Shown here: piece by piece, positions 1 through 16,291 of the stretch | How the letters are laid out: every line of letters begins with the position of its first letter | How positions within the stretch are numbered: the stretch's first letter is position 1 | NCBI GenBank assembly: GCA_951406725.2 | Contig: OX597825.1 | Span: 21,328,001 to 21,392,000 of the forward strand | Reading direction: 5' to 3' | Length of the DNA stretch: 64,000 nucleotides | Origin: Octopus vulgaris | Lineage: Eukaryota | The notes under the pieces: generated by a model | What the model saw: only the letters and a program-made list of their open reading frames with translations | Databases searched by the model: none | Told to the model about the DNA's origin: nothing | Program-made: the position numbers and the translations under genes

Positions 1-99
1 CACCCTCTATCTGTCTATCACTCCCTCTCTCTCTCTCTCTGTCTATATCTCACGTTCTTACTGTTCAATTTTCTTTTCTCACTCTCTTCTTCCGCACAG

Positions 100-202
100 T
101 TCCCCTGTCACCTCCTCCCCTTCCTCCTTCTCCTCCTTCACCTCCTCCTCCTCCTCTCCTTCATCACCCTCCCACACTTCCTACTATGATGTTTACGACC
201 AG
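100..202 (+). other. Candidate upstream (probably 5'UTR) exon
   Basis: A long polypyrimidine tract ends in CACAG at 99, and a consensus donor CAG|GTAAGT lies at 202/203. A possible downstream acceptor TTCTCCTCAG ends at 554. Confidence 0.4.
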
Positions 203-813
203 GTAAGTAAGTGGTGGGTAAGTGGGTGAGGCGAACGGGAGTAAAGGAGAAGGAGAATGAGAAGGAAAGAGTGTGTGTGCGTATGTGTGCGTGTGTGTGT
301 GTGAGTGTGTGTGTGTGTGAGAGAGCATGTGTACGTGTGTGTGTGTGTGTGTGTGGCTTGCTTGCCCGGAGGAAACGACCGACACACAACGCAATACAGC
401 GGTACACAGACACAACACAATCACAACATGACTTAGTTATACATACACAGCCAGCCGACACACCACAGCAATATATAGTAAAGCCACAGTTTAGCCAGAC
501 GATAAGACACAGCACAGCTGACTCAGCTGAGGTACGAACCTATGTTCTCCTCAGCCGAGAAATTTAACACGGAAAATTAATTGATTAAAAGACAACATTA
601 AATAATTAACGAACACGATAAAACCCTTATATACATGTATACTTACAAAATACACGAAAACACACGACGATTTCAAGAATACAGCATTGGATTATTATTA
701 TTAAGACACACTACAATTATAATTAATATAATTCTTAATTGCTTATATCGTAATCTCCATAATAGTTTGTGATCATCATCATCATCATCTTTATGATAAA
801 CTTACCAGTCCAC

Positions 814-949
814 ATGGAGCGTAATTCGGGCAGTTTTTGCGCATCTCTGTTGTTGGTGATAGTATCGGTACACATGCCGCTCCCGATACAGTCAAAATTA
901 CCTTTAAAACCGCAACCAGACACAGGTCAGACGGCTTCGCCTATAGCAG
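814..949 (+). CDS. Candidate first coding exon encoding a signal peptide (MERNSGSFCASLLLVIVSVHMPLPIQS-KLPLKPQPDTGQTASPIA), phase-1 donor
   Basis: ATG at 814 (in-frame alternative at 793), hydrophobic core LLLVIVSV, non-repetitive sequence, and a perfect donor GCAG|GTAAGT at 949/950. Confidence 0.55.
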
Positions 950-978
950 GTAAGTTCAATTATCATTAAATAAATAAG

Positions 979-979
<1 letters not shown>

Positions 980-1045
<66 letters not shown>

Positions 1046-1176
1046 ATGAAATGCGTGTGTTTATATATACATTACATCTATCTATCTATCTATCTATCTG
1101 TCTATCTATGTATCTATCTTTATATACATGAATATACATGTGTGTATATAAATATATATATGTGTGTATATATTTA

Positions 1177-1214
<38 letters not shown>

Positions 1215-1286
1215 TGCATGAATTGTGTATTTATATATACATATATGTATGTATATATGTATATTGTATACAAAGATACATATCGT

Positions 1287-1330
<44 letters not shown>

Positions 1331-1355
1331 TATAATATCTATGCAATTATTTAAT

Positions 1356-1393
<38 letters not shown>

Positions 1394-1470
1394 AAGTATG
1401 CATATATCTAATTGCTCGTTCCATGCTCTATGCGCGCGTGAGAGTGATTTTGGGTGTGTATGTGTGTGGA

Positions 1471-1512
<42 letters not shown>

Positions 1513-1532
1513 TATTATATAAATATGAAAAA

Positions 1533-1579
<47 letters not shown>

Positions 1580-1830
1580 TATTATATAAATATGAAACAG
1601 CATATATATATATATATATACATATACATACACACACAAACACATATATATATATATATAGATATATATACATATATGTATATGAGCGAGAACATTTTGT
1701 ATATGTGAAATTGTGAGAATATATGTGATTATGTAAAGTGTGTATCTGTATGAATACAAACCAATCCCGCGTATTAAGTTAAGTGTTAATCACTTTTAAT
1801 GTGTTCGCAAGTTAAAGGAAAAATGAAACC

Positions 1831-1925
<95 letters not shown>

Positions 1926-2014
1926 CTCTATATCTCTCTATCTCTCTATCTCTCTCTCTCTATATATATATATATCTAACTATCTATATTTACGTATGTA
2001 TGTAAGATTATATG

Positions 2015-2054
<40 letters not shown>

Positions 2055-2239
2055 AATAAAATATATGCATATATATAAACATATATGTACGTACCTACCT
2101 CTACATGTACATATACACGCATATATGTGTACAGGACACCAAAAAGACGTCGAACACATAGAGAGACGAAAAACATAGACACAAACCAAGGAACAAGACA
2201 GGCAAAAAAACGAGATACAGGACAATAAGCACAACGAAA

Positions 2240-2273
<34 letters not shown>

Positions 2274-2696
2274 GTATATATATGTATGTATATGTATATA
2301 TGCATGCATATATATATGTATGTATGTATATACGGATGCATGTGTATACATATGTATGTATGTATATATATATATATGTATGTATATATGTACGTATATA
2401 TAAATGTATATATATATATATATGTATATATGTACGTATATATAAATGTATATATATATATATATATATATAAGTTTGTATGTATTAATGTATGTACGTA
2501 AGTAGATATATTTATATATAAAAAATATATATTTACATATGTATGTATATATATGTAAGTGTATATGTATATATATATGAATATATATAAGTGTCTATGT
2601 ATATCGATCGATCTATCTATCTATCCGTCTATCTATAGATATATGTATGTATATATGTACACACATATTTGTATGTATATATGTATATATATATAT

Positions 2697-2742
<46 letters not shown>

Positions 2743-2924
2743 GTATATGTATATATATGTATATATATGTATATGTATATATATATGTATACGTATATAT
2801 ATGTGTATATATATATGTATACACACATATATATATATATATATACATACGTATATATATGTATGTATATGTATGTATATATATACATATGTAAATATAT
2901 ATATATGTATGTTTGTTTGTCTGC

Positions 2925-2965
<41 letters not shown>

Positions 2966-3249
2966 CGTATATATGTATATGCATAGGTATATATTTATAT
3001 GTACATGAGTACTTATATACATGTATATATATAATATTATCTGGGTAATTAGTTTTGCACATGTATACAGACGTAAACGTATCAATATGCATATATTTAC
3101 TATTGCATATCAACACACGTACTCACACACAGACACACAAACACGCACATGTTAACATGGGGAAGTACAAATGTAGGGGTGTATATATGGATATATATAC
3201 TTATACATGTATACATATATATGTGCATTCATATATATCCATATGTATG

Positions 3250-3298
<49 letters not shown>

Positions 3299-3746
3299 AT
3301 ACACGTATAAGGGCGTATATTAAAAAATATATATGCATGTGTGTGTATATATGTACGTATATAAGTATATATATGTATATATATAAGTGTATATATATAT
3401 ATATATATACGCATAATCTATATTCATATGCATATTTATATATGTACATACACACACACATATACACTCACACACGCACACATATACATATATGTGTGTA
3501 TGTATATATATATATATATATCCATGAATAGATACATATATATATACACAAACATATATACACATTTATATATATATGTATATATACACTCACATATATA
3601 TATGTGAGTCTGTGTTTGCCTTTTAAGTGCTGTGTTTTTACTGAGATCCCCCTTTTAGTAGAAGGAATAGCTATATCTCTTTGACTACTATTTCTAAATT
3701 TGGTGTGTTGGTGAGGCAATTCGTTGCTAAACCCTTAATTACTTAG

Positions 3747-3800
<54 letters not shown>
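980..3800. repeat. Compound (TA)n/(TATG)n/(TATC)n microsatellite field, representative of many such fields across the window
   Basis: Directly visible; source of the YI/MYVC/LSIY pseudo-ORFs. Confidence 0.97.
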
Positions 3801-3804
<4 letters not shown>

Positions 3805-4289
3805 GTAAATGTAAAAAAAATACAAACTGGGACAAGAACGTAAAACATTTAGGAGACGATACTAAAAACACAGACGGGACATTCGAAGCCTTCAATCTTC
3901 AGTCAAGAACCGGATCATCCTCGCAATTTCGGTTGATTAATCTTGATATATATATACAAGCAAATATATAAGTAGATGCGTATATATGTGAGTATGTATA
4001 TATATTTTGATATATATATATATGCAAATATATAAGTAGATACGTATATATGTAAATATGTGTATGTATCATTAAATGAAAACTAATTTTAAAAATTCTT
4101 AAAAACAGATTCGAAAGCAGACAGTAGACATTACAAACACAGGTTGTACATAAAAATACATATAATACATATAATACATATATACATACATATATATATG
4201 TGAGTGTATATATACATATATATATAAATGTGTATGTATGTTTGTGTATATATATATGTATCTATTCATGGATATATACATAGATATAT

Positions 4290-4361
<72 letters not shown>

Positions 4362-4516
4362 TGTATCTATGTATGCATCTATACACATATAAAATTTCAC
4401 GCATTTATATGCAAAATGATCTATATAAATAAATATTATGTACTTGTCGATCTATGTGTGTGTATGTATATGCGTACATATATATATGTATACACACACG
4501 CACACACACACACACG

Positions 4517-4725
4517 ACCTCGTGTGTACCGTTGGCGACTTTTTTTCCTCTGTCTTCCCTTCTCTGCATCTTTCCTTCTCCTATGATTTCGACGAAGAGC
4601 TCCGCTCGAAACGTTAAACCCTCCTCTCTTTCCTTCTTTCTTGAGCGTCCAATAATACTATATTTGTTCTACGTCCTCGCGTTGTTGTGTTTTTTTTGTG
4701 CTTTCTTGTTTGGATTAACTTTTTG
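4517..4725 (+). mobile_element. PLE-type terminal repeat fragment with a mutated hammerhead motif; same family as 22750-22955
   Basis: Near-identical GAAGAGCTCCGCTCGAAACGTTAAA...CGTCCTCGC at both loci, each followed by (TA)n. Confidence 0.65.
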
Positions 4726-4760
4726 TATATATATATATATATTTTTTTTTTTTTTATATA

Positions 4761-4959
<199 letters not shown>

Positions 4960-5276
4960 TAGGTAGGATCAACAAGAAAGTCCATCCAGTGACAGATAAA
5001 TATCATTTAATATACACAATATTAATGCTACAAATAAATCCTCTCCATAGAGACGTTCAAATCAGGCAGACTTGTATTTATATAACGTGCCATATTCTCC
5101 AAGCAGTCTTCACAATGTACGTTATATAAATTTGCCTCATCTGAGTGTCTTCATGGCAAGAAACTATATGCCCTGCACATTAAATGATATATATATACAT
5201 AAACATATTATATGTATAACCACATGCTTCCGGGTTCAATCCTGCTGCGTGACACGTTAGGCACGTGCACTTGAAA

Positions 5277-5317
<41 letters not shown>

Positions 5318-5329
5318 CATACATACATA

Positions 5330-5360
<31 letters not shown>

Positions 5361-5373
5361 GTATGTATGTATG

Positions 5374-5435
<62 letters not shown>

Positions 5436-5695
5436 TACACATATATATGTGCATGTATATCTATATGCGTGTGAGTCTATGTTGGTGTTGGTATGCTTAC
5501 GAGCAAGTAATCTCGTAGTTTGGCAGAAGACCCCGATGGAATAGGTATCAGTCTTTAAAAAAAACAAGTCCCGGGGTTGATTCATGATTCATTCTGCTGA
5601 AGCCCATCAAAGAAGTGCATGGCCGCAGTCAGATGACTGAAACAAGGAAAAGGTAAAGATGTATGTATGTATGTACCTATCTATATATATACATA

Positions 5696-5760
<65 letters not shown>

Positions 5761-6140
5761 TAATCTTTTATCATCAGAATGTTATTGATAGTGACATCGA
5801 TTTATCGGCCGAGTGGGCCGGCGGCCCGACGATGTCTTAGCTGGCCAAAACTTCGGAATCAGAGTCAACAGCATAGGGATAATAAATTTGTACCTTACAA
5901 AAATATGGAGCAACCCATCAGGTTAATATAAAATTGTCTTTCTTGTACATATGTAAAAATGTATGTATGTATGTATGTATGTATGTATGTATGTATGTAT
6001 GTATGTATGTATGTATGTATGTATGTATGTATGTATGTATGTATGTATGCATGTATGTATGTATGTATGTATGTATGTATGTATGTATGTATGTATGCAT
6101 GCATGTATGTATATATATACTCTCTCTCTCTCTCTCTCTC

Positions 6141-6348
6141 TTTCTTTTACTTGTTTCAGTCATTTGACTGCGGCCATGCTGGAGCACCGCCTTTGATCGA
6201 ACAACTCGACCCCGGGACTTATTCTTATTGTAAGCCCAGTACTTCTTCTATCGGTCTCTTTTGCCGAACCGCTAAGTAACGGGGACATAAACACACCAGC
6301 ATCGGTTGTCAAGCAATGCTAGGGGGACAAACATAGACACACAAACAA

Positions 6349-6393
<45 letters not shown>

Positions 6394-6538
6394 TACGACA
6401 GGCTTCTTCCACTCACAAGGCATTGGTCGGTCCGGGGCTACAGCAGAAGACAGTTGCCCAAGATGCCACGCAGTGGGACTGAACCCGGAACCATGTGGTT
6501 GGTAAGCAAGCTACTTACCACACAGCCACTCCTACGCC

Positions 6539-6539
<1 letters not shown>
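6141..6539 (-). mobile_element. tRNA-derived SINE family A, near full length
   Basis: Reverse complement of the 45416-45829 copy, with a tRNA-like head, internal microsatellite and the tail GCATGGCCGCAGTCAAATGACTGAAAC. Confidence 0.9.
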
Positions 6540-6569
<30 letters not shown>

Positions 6570-7895
6570 GCACAATTTATAGGGGTGATTCAGAGTGACA
6601 CTGAGTGTGACGAGTCTGGTCCTTTGAAATACAGATACTACAGAAACAGGAAGAAAGAGTTAGAGAAAGTTGTGGAGAGGGAGTACAGCAGAGTTCGTCA
6701 CCACCCCCTGCCTTGTGGAACTTTAGGTGTTTTCGCTCAATAAACACTCACAACGCCGGGAATCGAAACTGCGATCCTACGACTCTCTCTCTCTCTATAT
6801 ATATATATACTCTTTGCGAGTGTGTGTGTGTGTGTGTGTGAGAGTGTTTCCGTATGTTCTTGAGTTTTATTTAAGTCCTCCTCCATGTCGCTGAAATCAG
6901 TCGCTAACAAAGTGACAAGACTTTTCGAGTCAAGACGGCTGTCGATGTTTGTAAATATGCTATTGAGTTAATTTGCGCATATATGCGGTCTATGCACATG
7001 AACGTAGATTCTGTTTGTATACTTAGGTGTATCGGCATTTGTATATGTGCTTCTGTGTGTGTGGGTGATTATTTTTCACATGTCTGTGAAGCTACACACA
7101 TCCGAGCATGTATATTTGTATAGTCTATATATACATATAATATATATATGCATCGACACATACATGCATACATGTAGTTATGTACGGATATGTTAAAGAA
7201 AAACATCAATGCACATCCGTTTGATGTCATAGTATGACTAATTCGATATAAAGAGTTAAACACATGCTATATAAACAAATATAAAATGGAGAAATATAAA
7301 ATGAATTGAAAACGTAGAAATGTGGAACAATGTCTGTCTGTCTGTCTATCTGTCTGTCTATCTGTCTTTCTTCATGTCTGTTTGTTTCTGCTTATATACA
7401 TTATATACATGAATGTATAGTATACATGTATAGTATACATGAATGCATAGTATATATTAGTATATCTTTATATCATATGTTAGTGCTGATATATATAAAT
7501 ATATATATATACGCATGTATATATATAGATATAAATATGTATGTATATATATATATATATATGTATGTATATGTATATATATATATATGCATATATATAT
7601 ATGCATATATATATATGCATGTATATGTGTATATACATATATATATATATGTATACATACATGTATATTTATATGAATGTATGTATATATATATATTTAT
7701 ACGAATGTTTGTATATATATGTATGTGTATATAAATATATATATGTATATATATATATATGTATATATGTACATATATGAATGTTTGTATGCTTATATAT
7801 GTATGTATATATGTATGCATACATATATGTTATATATATCTATATATATATGCATGTATGCATATATATGTATATATATATATATCTATTTATCT

Positions 7896-8308
<413 letters not shown>

Positions 8309-8369
8309 AATGTAAATAATGTACATACTTCCTCATCTCTTAAATATGGAACTGTATTATATATATATC

Positions 8370-8402
<33 letters not shown>

Positions 8403-8441
8403 GTATATATATATATACATGCATGTATATATATATGTATG

Positions 8442-8502
<61 letters not shown>

Positions 8503-8950
8503 ATACATGCATACACACACATATATATATATATATATGGAGTACTGATGTGAAGGGCTCCAGTTGAGCAAATCAACCCCACCACTTACTTTTTAAGAGC
8601 CTGTTTGTTATGTAGGGACCGTAAACAAACTAACACCGGTTATCGATCGGTGTCGGCGTACAAAAAAAGACATAAGGACGCCAATATGTAGACGTATACT
8701 TATATTTCATATGACGAGCTTCTTTCAGTTTCCGCCTACCAAATGTATTCACAAGCCGCTTAGTCGGAGCGACGTGGTAGTAGTAGACACCTGGTCAAGC
8801 TGTCACACAGTGGGGCTGAACTCAGAATCATTTAGTTGTGAGGCAATCTGTTCACCACAATGCCATAAACATATAGACACACACCTCTATCTGCCTGCCA
8901 TGCGTTTTGAGAATGTGTACGATGTATGTACGTAGGTATATATATAACAA

Positions 8951-8998
<48 letters not shown>

Positions 8999-9157
8999 AT
9001 GCATATATATATATATGTGTGTGTGTGTATGCATATATATGTGTGTGTGCGTGTATGCATATACATATGTATGTATGTATGCATGTATGTATGTGTGTAT
9101 GTATATATATATATATATACACAAATATCTCATCATTTTCAAACTTCAAACTTAATA

Positions 9158-9237
<80 letters not shown>

Positions 9238-9336
9238 GATAATGCTAATAATAATAATAATAATAATAATAGTAATAATATATATACATATAGATATACA
9301 TATATGTGTATATGTATGTATCTATATGTGTATATG

Positions 9337-9368
<32 letters not shown>

Positions 9369-10026
9369 TTTGAGTGTGTCTGTGTGAATATATATATATA
9401 GAGAGAGAGATATAGATTTGCGTAATTTTGATATCTATCTATCTATATCTGTCTGTATTTAAAAATAAGATAAAATCTTTATAAGAATTTATCAAGTAGT
9501 TAGCGTGAAAAACCTCAAAAGGGAAAAATTTATCAGTTATGCCCTTAATATAAATAAATATATCTGTCTGTATGTATATGTGAGTGTATACACACACACA
9601 CTTGCATACAAACACATACAGGCACATACACGCATCCAAAGAAAAGCACACACACACACACACACACACATTATGTGTCTGTGGTGGCGAAGTGGCTGAG
9701 TAAGTCATTCATAAGTTTAGACCAGTATTTCTCAATCATTTTTTTGCCAATGAACTTCTATAGTTCCAATTTTACTCTACCGCCCCTCACCCATTCCATA
9801 ACTATTTACTGTATATGTATATGTATATATATTGATATATATGTATATATATATGTATGTATATATATATATATTTCGTTTTTGGATTTGGTTTGCAAGA
9901 TTCTTTATGTGAGTTCGTGTGTTGAAGCATATTCTGTTGTGTCTGGGGAGAGTCATTTTCTTTTTGTGCCTTATAATGTAACACACTCACCGGTAAAATT
10001 TCCATTTTTTTCTTATCTTTATTTTC

Positions 10027-10063
10027 CTAAAATGTTCGTTGCGTCTTGCAACCTTTTCAATAG
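10027..10063 (-). ncRNA. Hammerhead-like motif, U3:A8 core variant
   Basis: Minus strand reads CUA-UUGAAAA-G-GUUGC-aagac-GCAAC-GAA-CAUUU-UAG. Confidence 0.5.
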
Positions 10064-10090
10064 TTTTGACTCAATAGTTTTGACTACTGA

Positions 10091-10465
10091 GTAGTAAAGA
10101 AATAGGTATTTCGTCTGCCGCTACATTCTGAGTTCAAATTCCGTCGAAGTCGACTTTGCCTATCATCCTTTCGGGGTCGATTAAATAAGTACCAGTTACG
10201 CACTCAGAACGTAACAGCAGACGCAATACCTATTTCTTTACTACCGACAAGGGGCTAAACACAGAGGAGACAAACAAGGACAGACAGACGGATTAAGTCG
10301 ATTATATCGACCCCATTGCGTAACTGGTACTTATTTAATCGACCCCGGAAGAATGAAAGGCAAAGTCGACCTCGGCGGAATTTGAACACAGACCGTAACG
10401 GCAGACGAAATACGGCTATGCATTTCGCCCGGCGTGCTAACGTTTCTGCCAGCTCACCGCCCTAA
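10091..10465. mobile_element. Two SINE family B copies in opposite orientation (10091-10204 +; 10205-10465 -), both with a tail-to-internal junction
   Basis: Both match the 32036-32267 copy, including the central GCCTTTCATCCTTTCGGGGTCGAT..AAGTACCAG domain. Confidence 0.88.
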
Positions 10466-10555
10466 GCTACCTACGTATTGGACAACGTAACCGACAGATC
10501 GTAGCAAATCGGATCGGCCGAAATACTTTCTTTCTCTTTCTATATTTGTGTGTTT

Positions 10556-10772
10556 GGAGTCGCAATGGCCCAGTGGCTAGGCAGTGGAATCACGGTCGTA
10601 GGATCGCGGTTTCGATTCCCAGACCGGGTGCTGTGAGTGTTTAATGAGCGAAAACACCTAAGTGTACACGGACCTGTGGAGTGCTCAGCCACTTGCACGT
10701 TAATTTCACGAGCAGGTTCTCCCATTGATCTGATCAACTTGAATTCTCGTCGTCATAACCGACGGAGTGCCA
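10556..10772 (+). mobile_element. SINE family C, internally deleted
   Basis: Head and 3' tail match the reverse complement of 33927-34316. Confidence 0.8.
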
Positions 10773-10798
10773 CGATATATTTGTGTGCCTGTTAACTA

Positions 10799-10884
<86 letters not shown>

Positions 10885-11418
10885 CCTACCTATCTACCTG
10901 TCTGTCTGTCTCTGTACATACATACGGGGGACACATATATATATATAGAAGATGAGTATGCGTCTAAGTTTTTACGCGGGAAAATAAAAATCGATGCACT
11001 AAATGTGGATACACTCTCATATATACGTACACATATTCATATACATACGCACATGCGCGCGCACACACATACACACACATATGCCTCGTTATATAAATAC
11101 ACACACACACATATATATATACATACATACTAGTTATATATACATACATACATATATATATATATATATGTATATATATACATATATATATGTGTGTGTG
11201 TCTCTCTCTATATATATGTATATATATATACATATATATATGTGTGTGTGTCTATCTATCTATTTTCTTGTTTTTTGTTTTTTGGTTTTTTTCCGTTTCT
11301 ACGTCTTATTGTGATGTCCTGTACTCACGTATAATTATTTATATATGCATGTATATATACATGTAGATGTAGGTACGTACATATATGTTTGTATGTATGC
11401 ATATATTTTTATTTATCA

Positions 11419-11466
<48 letters not shown>

Positions 11467-11765
11467 CATATATATATGTGTGTGTCTATATATGTATATG
11501 TATGTATATACATATATAAATATGTGTGTCTATATATGTATATGTATGTATATATATGTATATATATATATGCATATATGTACATATATGTATATATATG
11601 TATATGTATACATATATATGTGTATGTGTATGTATATTATGTGTATATATATATATATGTGTGTGTGCTTGTGTAGATATACATGTATAATTACACACAT
11701 ACACACATATAATGCACATATATATATGTGTGACTGTACCTATGTCACTGTGTGCTTAATTACAG

Positions 11766-11968
11766 ATGTCCAAATTATAATAAACTTAACGCTAACTCCA
11801 GATAATTATTATCAAAATTTGGAATCAATTCAACAGATTAAAAGAAAATCAAAACATATTCCTAATCCATTATATAAGAAAAGCAAAACACGGAGATCTC
11901 AAACCTTTCGTTTCTTTCTAATGTATTCTAATGATGTATTATTGAGTAGAGTCGGATCCAAATTCTAG
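11766..11968 (+). CDS. Candidate last coding exon of a small secreted precursor with KR/KK/RR sites
   Basis: Acceptor TTACAG ends at 11765 and is phase-compatible with the 949 donor (G+AT=Asp). The frame is open for 67 codons to TAG within an island of unique sequence, and AATAAA occurs near 12328. Confidence 0.42.
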
Positions 11969-12590
11969 AAAGATGTATTGGTTTTGAATAGAAAACAACA
12001 AATTAACAGTGACATTAAGATTGACGATGTTAATGATAACGATGCAGTTAGTGATGTTGATAATGATGCTGATGACGGCGATGTTAATGACGATACTGAT
12101 AATCTGATAATAACGATGATAATACTGATTATGGTGATGATAGCGATAATGAAACTGTTATCTTTCATCTTTCACTTGTTGAAGGCATTGGATTACACAG
12201 CATGTGCTGGGGTTACTAACTTGAAGGGTTGGGTCGAACAGATTGTCTTCAGTGCATTTATTTTTAAAGCTGAGTACTTATTTTATCATTGTTGTTATTT
12301 GCCGAACTGCAGAGTTAGGAGGTCTTTAATAAAAACAAAAACAAATATTAAACAGCACTGGTTATCAAGTTGTAGTGTGGCACAAACACAAACACAAACA
12401 CAAATATACAAACACATAAATACATACATATACGTATACATATAGATATACGTACATATATTCATACATACATACATGCATGTATGTATTTATATATAGA
12501 AACACATGTCAGGTTCATTCAGTTTCCCTCAGACCGTTAATTTACGGGGACGGTTGTCAAGCGATGTTGGGGGGATAAACACAGACACAC

Positions 12591-12633
<43 letters not shown>

Positions 12634-12654
12634 TATATACATATATATATATAC

Positions 12655-12703
<49 letters not shown>

Positions 12704-12724
12704 TATATACATATATATATACAT

Positions 12725-12797
<73 letters not shown>

Positions 12798-13073
12798 TAT
12801 ATATATATATACATATATATATACACATATATATATATACATATATATACATATATATATATATATTTGTATATACATATGTATACATATATATATATAT
12901 ATGTATATACATATATACATATATATATTTATATATATATATGTATATACATATATATATATATTTATATGTATATATATATATATATACATATATACTC
13001 TTACTCTTACTCTTACTTGTTTCAGTCATTTGACTGCGGCCATGCTGGAGCACCGCCTTTAGTCGGGCATATA

Positions 13074-13105
<32 letters not shown>

Positions 13106-13589
13106 CACACATTTACATATATACGGCAGGCTTCTTTCAGTTTCCCCTTACAAGGCTTTGGTCGGCCCGAGGCTATAGCGAAAAGCACTCACCCAAGTTG
13201 CCACGCAGTGGGAGGGAATCCGGAACCATGTTGATGAATGATACCGAAAATGAAAGGTGCTAAGAAATTAATATTTTGCTATGAATAATTCATGCATGTC
13301 ATCCCACTATTTCTCATACACACACACACACGCACCACACTTTCATTCTCTCCCATCAATCTCTCTCCCTCCCCATCTCTCTGTCTGTCACTCTCTCCGG
13401 GATGCACGCACACACGCACACACTAGTGAACGCACACCTTTTCATCTGCAGAAGCGGCGGGAAAAAAGTTCTCGTATATATTAGAATTTATTCATTCATT
13501 CATTCACAGATGAAGAGAAGCGATCATTTTTTGCTAATAACATATTGTGAGGACTACCGGAAGCATCGTCAAAACACCAGGGTAGCAAA

Positions 13590-13739
13590 GGTTTAGACCC
13601 ACTGCATAGCACCTTGCGTAAGTGCCCTCTACCGATCAATGCCTTGTAAGTGGACTGGGTTGACGGAAACACAAAGTATCCCCTCGTGTGTGTGCGTGTA
13701 TATGTATATATATATATATATATATACACGCACACACAT

Positions 13740-13807
<68 letters not shown>

Positions 13808-14026
13808 ATGTATACGTGTTTGTGTGTGTTTGTATCCCACCAACGCTTGATAACCGGTGTTGGTGCGTTTTCGTCCCCGTACCTTAGCACTTACGACTGT
13901 CGGAGGGTCGATAGAATAAGTACAAGGTTTAAAAGATAAACCCTTGGGTCAAGTCCACGGTAATAATTTTTTTAAGGCGGTGCCCCACCATGGCCTCAGT
14001 CTAAAGATAGAAACGAGCAAAATAAA
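13590..14026 (+). mobile_element. SINE family A, diverged, with an expanded internal microsatellite
   Basis: Blocks are colinear with 45416-45829. Confidence 0.7.
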
Positions 14027-14144
14027 TAGGAGATCTTATATCTATATATTTATCTGTGTTGGAAATAATTTCAGATCAGATTCCGGATTAAAATGTAAAC
14101 AACTGGTTTGTGATGACTTCATATAATACACACACACACACACA

Positions 14145-14196
<52 letters not shown>

Positions 14197-14284
14197 AACG
14201 CAAATGTTTATATATATAGGTACATAATTATATACATATGTACATATACATATTGCTATGCAAGTGCATCTCCGTAATATATAT

Positions 14285-14334
<50 letters not shown>

Positions 14335-14977
14335 CACATATACATATATATATATATATGTATACACACACACACATATATATATTTATATATATATATA
14401 TATATGCATATATATATATATATATATATACATACATACATTTATATATATATATATATATTTACACACACATACGTTGTTCCTACCCATATTTTTATTT
14501 ATGCGTATGCAACGTCACATGCCTACACGCACGCTCCACATATATCCATACATTCATGCTACACACGCACACACAAACAAACACACACACACACACATAC
14601 ACACACAAATATGCATGCATGCACGTTAAAATTCTTCGCGTAGTATTATGCGCCAATGTGCTGCTTCAGGTGTATACTCCTCTACACACCTGTTTGATTA
14701 TAAATTCGAACGTATAATTACCTGTAACACGATCGAAATTTCCCGCTGTTTTTCAATGTAAATCGCAATGTTAAAGGTATTTTCTACCAATATTTCATTC
14801 TATATTAAATTATATATCAACATGCAATCATATTGCAGATATATAATACCTATCATATACACACACACACACGTACATATATACATATTTGCAAATATAC
14901 ATACATGTATACATATATACATACATAATCACATGCATATATATATACATATATATTGTATATATATATTCTCATAT

Positions 14978-15080
<103 letters not shown>

Positions 15081-15338
15081 CGCACATGTATGTATAGAAA
15101 ACGTGCATGTATAAACATACAGTATATGTGTTTAACATCTGACATGAGAAAAAGGGAAAACAAAATACACACACGTACATATATACATATATACATGTAC
15201 ATATATACATATTTGCTAATATACATACATGTATACATATATACATAAGCACATGCATATATATACATATATATTATATATATATATATATTCTCATATA
15301 TATATATATATATATATTCTCACATATATATATACACG

Positions 15339-15371
<33 letters not shown>

Positions 15372-16291
15372 ATATATACACGTATATATATAAATATATA
15401 GTTACGCACATGTATGTATAGAAAACGTGCATGTATAAACATACAATATGTGTTTAACATCTGACATGAAAAAAGGGGAAAACAAAATACGCAACGCAAT
15501 GATGAGAACAAAATATACATGGATAAGGCCGCTTTCCCGGCTTCTCCATATATGTATGTGTGTGTGTGTGGTTGCTTGTGTCTATGTGCACGCGTGTTCG
15601 TGTGTGTATAGATGTAGGTACGTACGCACACATATTTATATTCTGAGAATATAAACGTGTGTGTGCGTATGTGCATGTACACACGCACACACACAGACAC
15701 ACACACACACACCAATAGGGGGACGCATGACTTAGTGATAGTGTGATAATATATATATCGACAGATAAATAAATAGATAGATGATAGGTAGATTGATAGA
15801 TGAATAGACAGGTATGTAAGGTGGATAGGCTACACCCCTGTAAGGCACCCTTGTAATATGCACGTTGTGAAATTGAACCCGAAATTACATAGCTTGGTAG
15901 CGAACTTCTTAACGACGCAGCCATGCTTGCACTCCACCCTCAATGAATATCATAATACTAATTTTATTAATGTGGAGGCACATAGCCTAGTGGTTAGGGC
16001 AGCGGATTGGCAGTCGCGGGATCGCGGGTTCAAATCTCAGACCCAGCGATGTGTGGGTTTATGAGCGAAACACCTAAGCTCCACGCGGCTCCGGCAGAAG
16101 GTAATGGTGAACTTCTGCTGACTCTTTCGCCACAACTTCGCCACAACTTACCCCACAAAATCGACCACAGCGGGAATTGAGCTCTGGACTTTGAGGAGCC
16201 AACAGAATTTTCGCTACTCATTTTGTCCACCCCGCTAACGATTGTACCAGTTTCCTACTGTGAATGACTTATAATTTTTGGCATAAGGCTA

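Noticed and set aside
11978-12445. 155-aa Asp-rich ORF
   Set aside because: It is decayed (GAT)n followed by SINE remnants, and is more likely 3' UTR.
15972-16050. tRNA-Arg-like gene
   Set aside because: It continues into the SINE C body, so it is a SINE head and not a functional tRNA.
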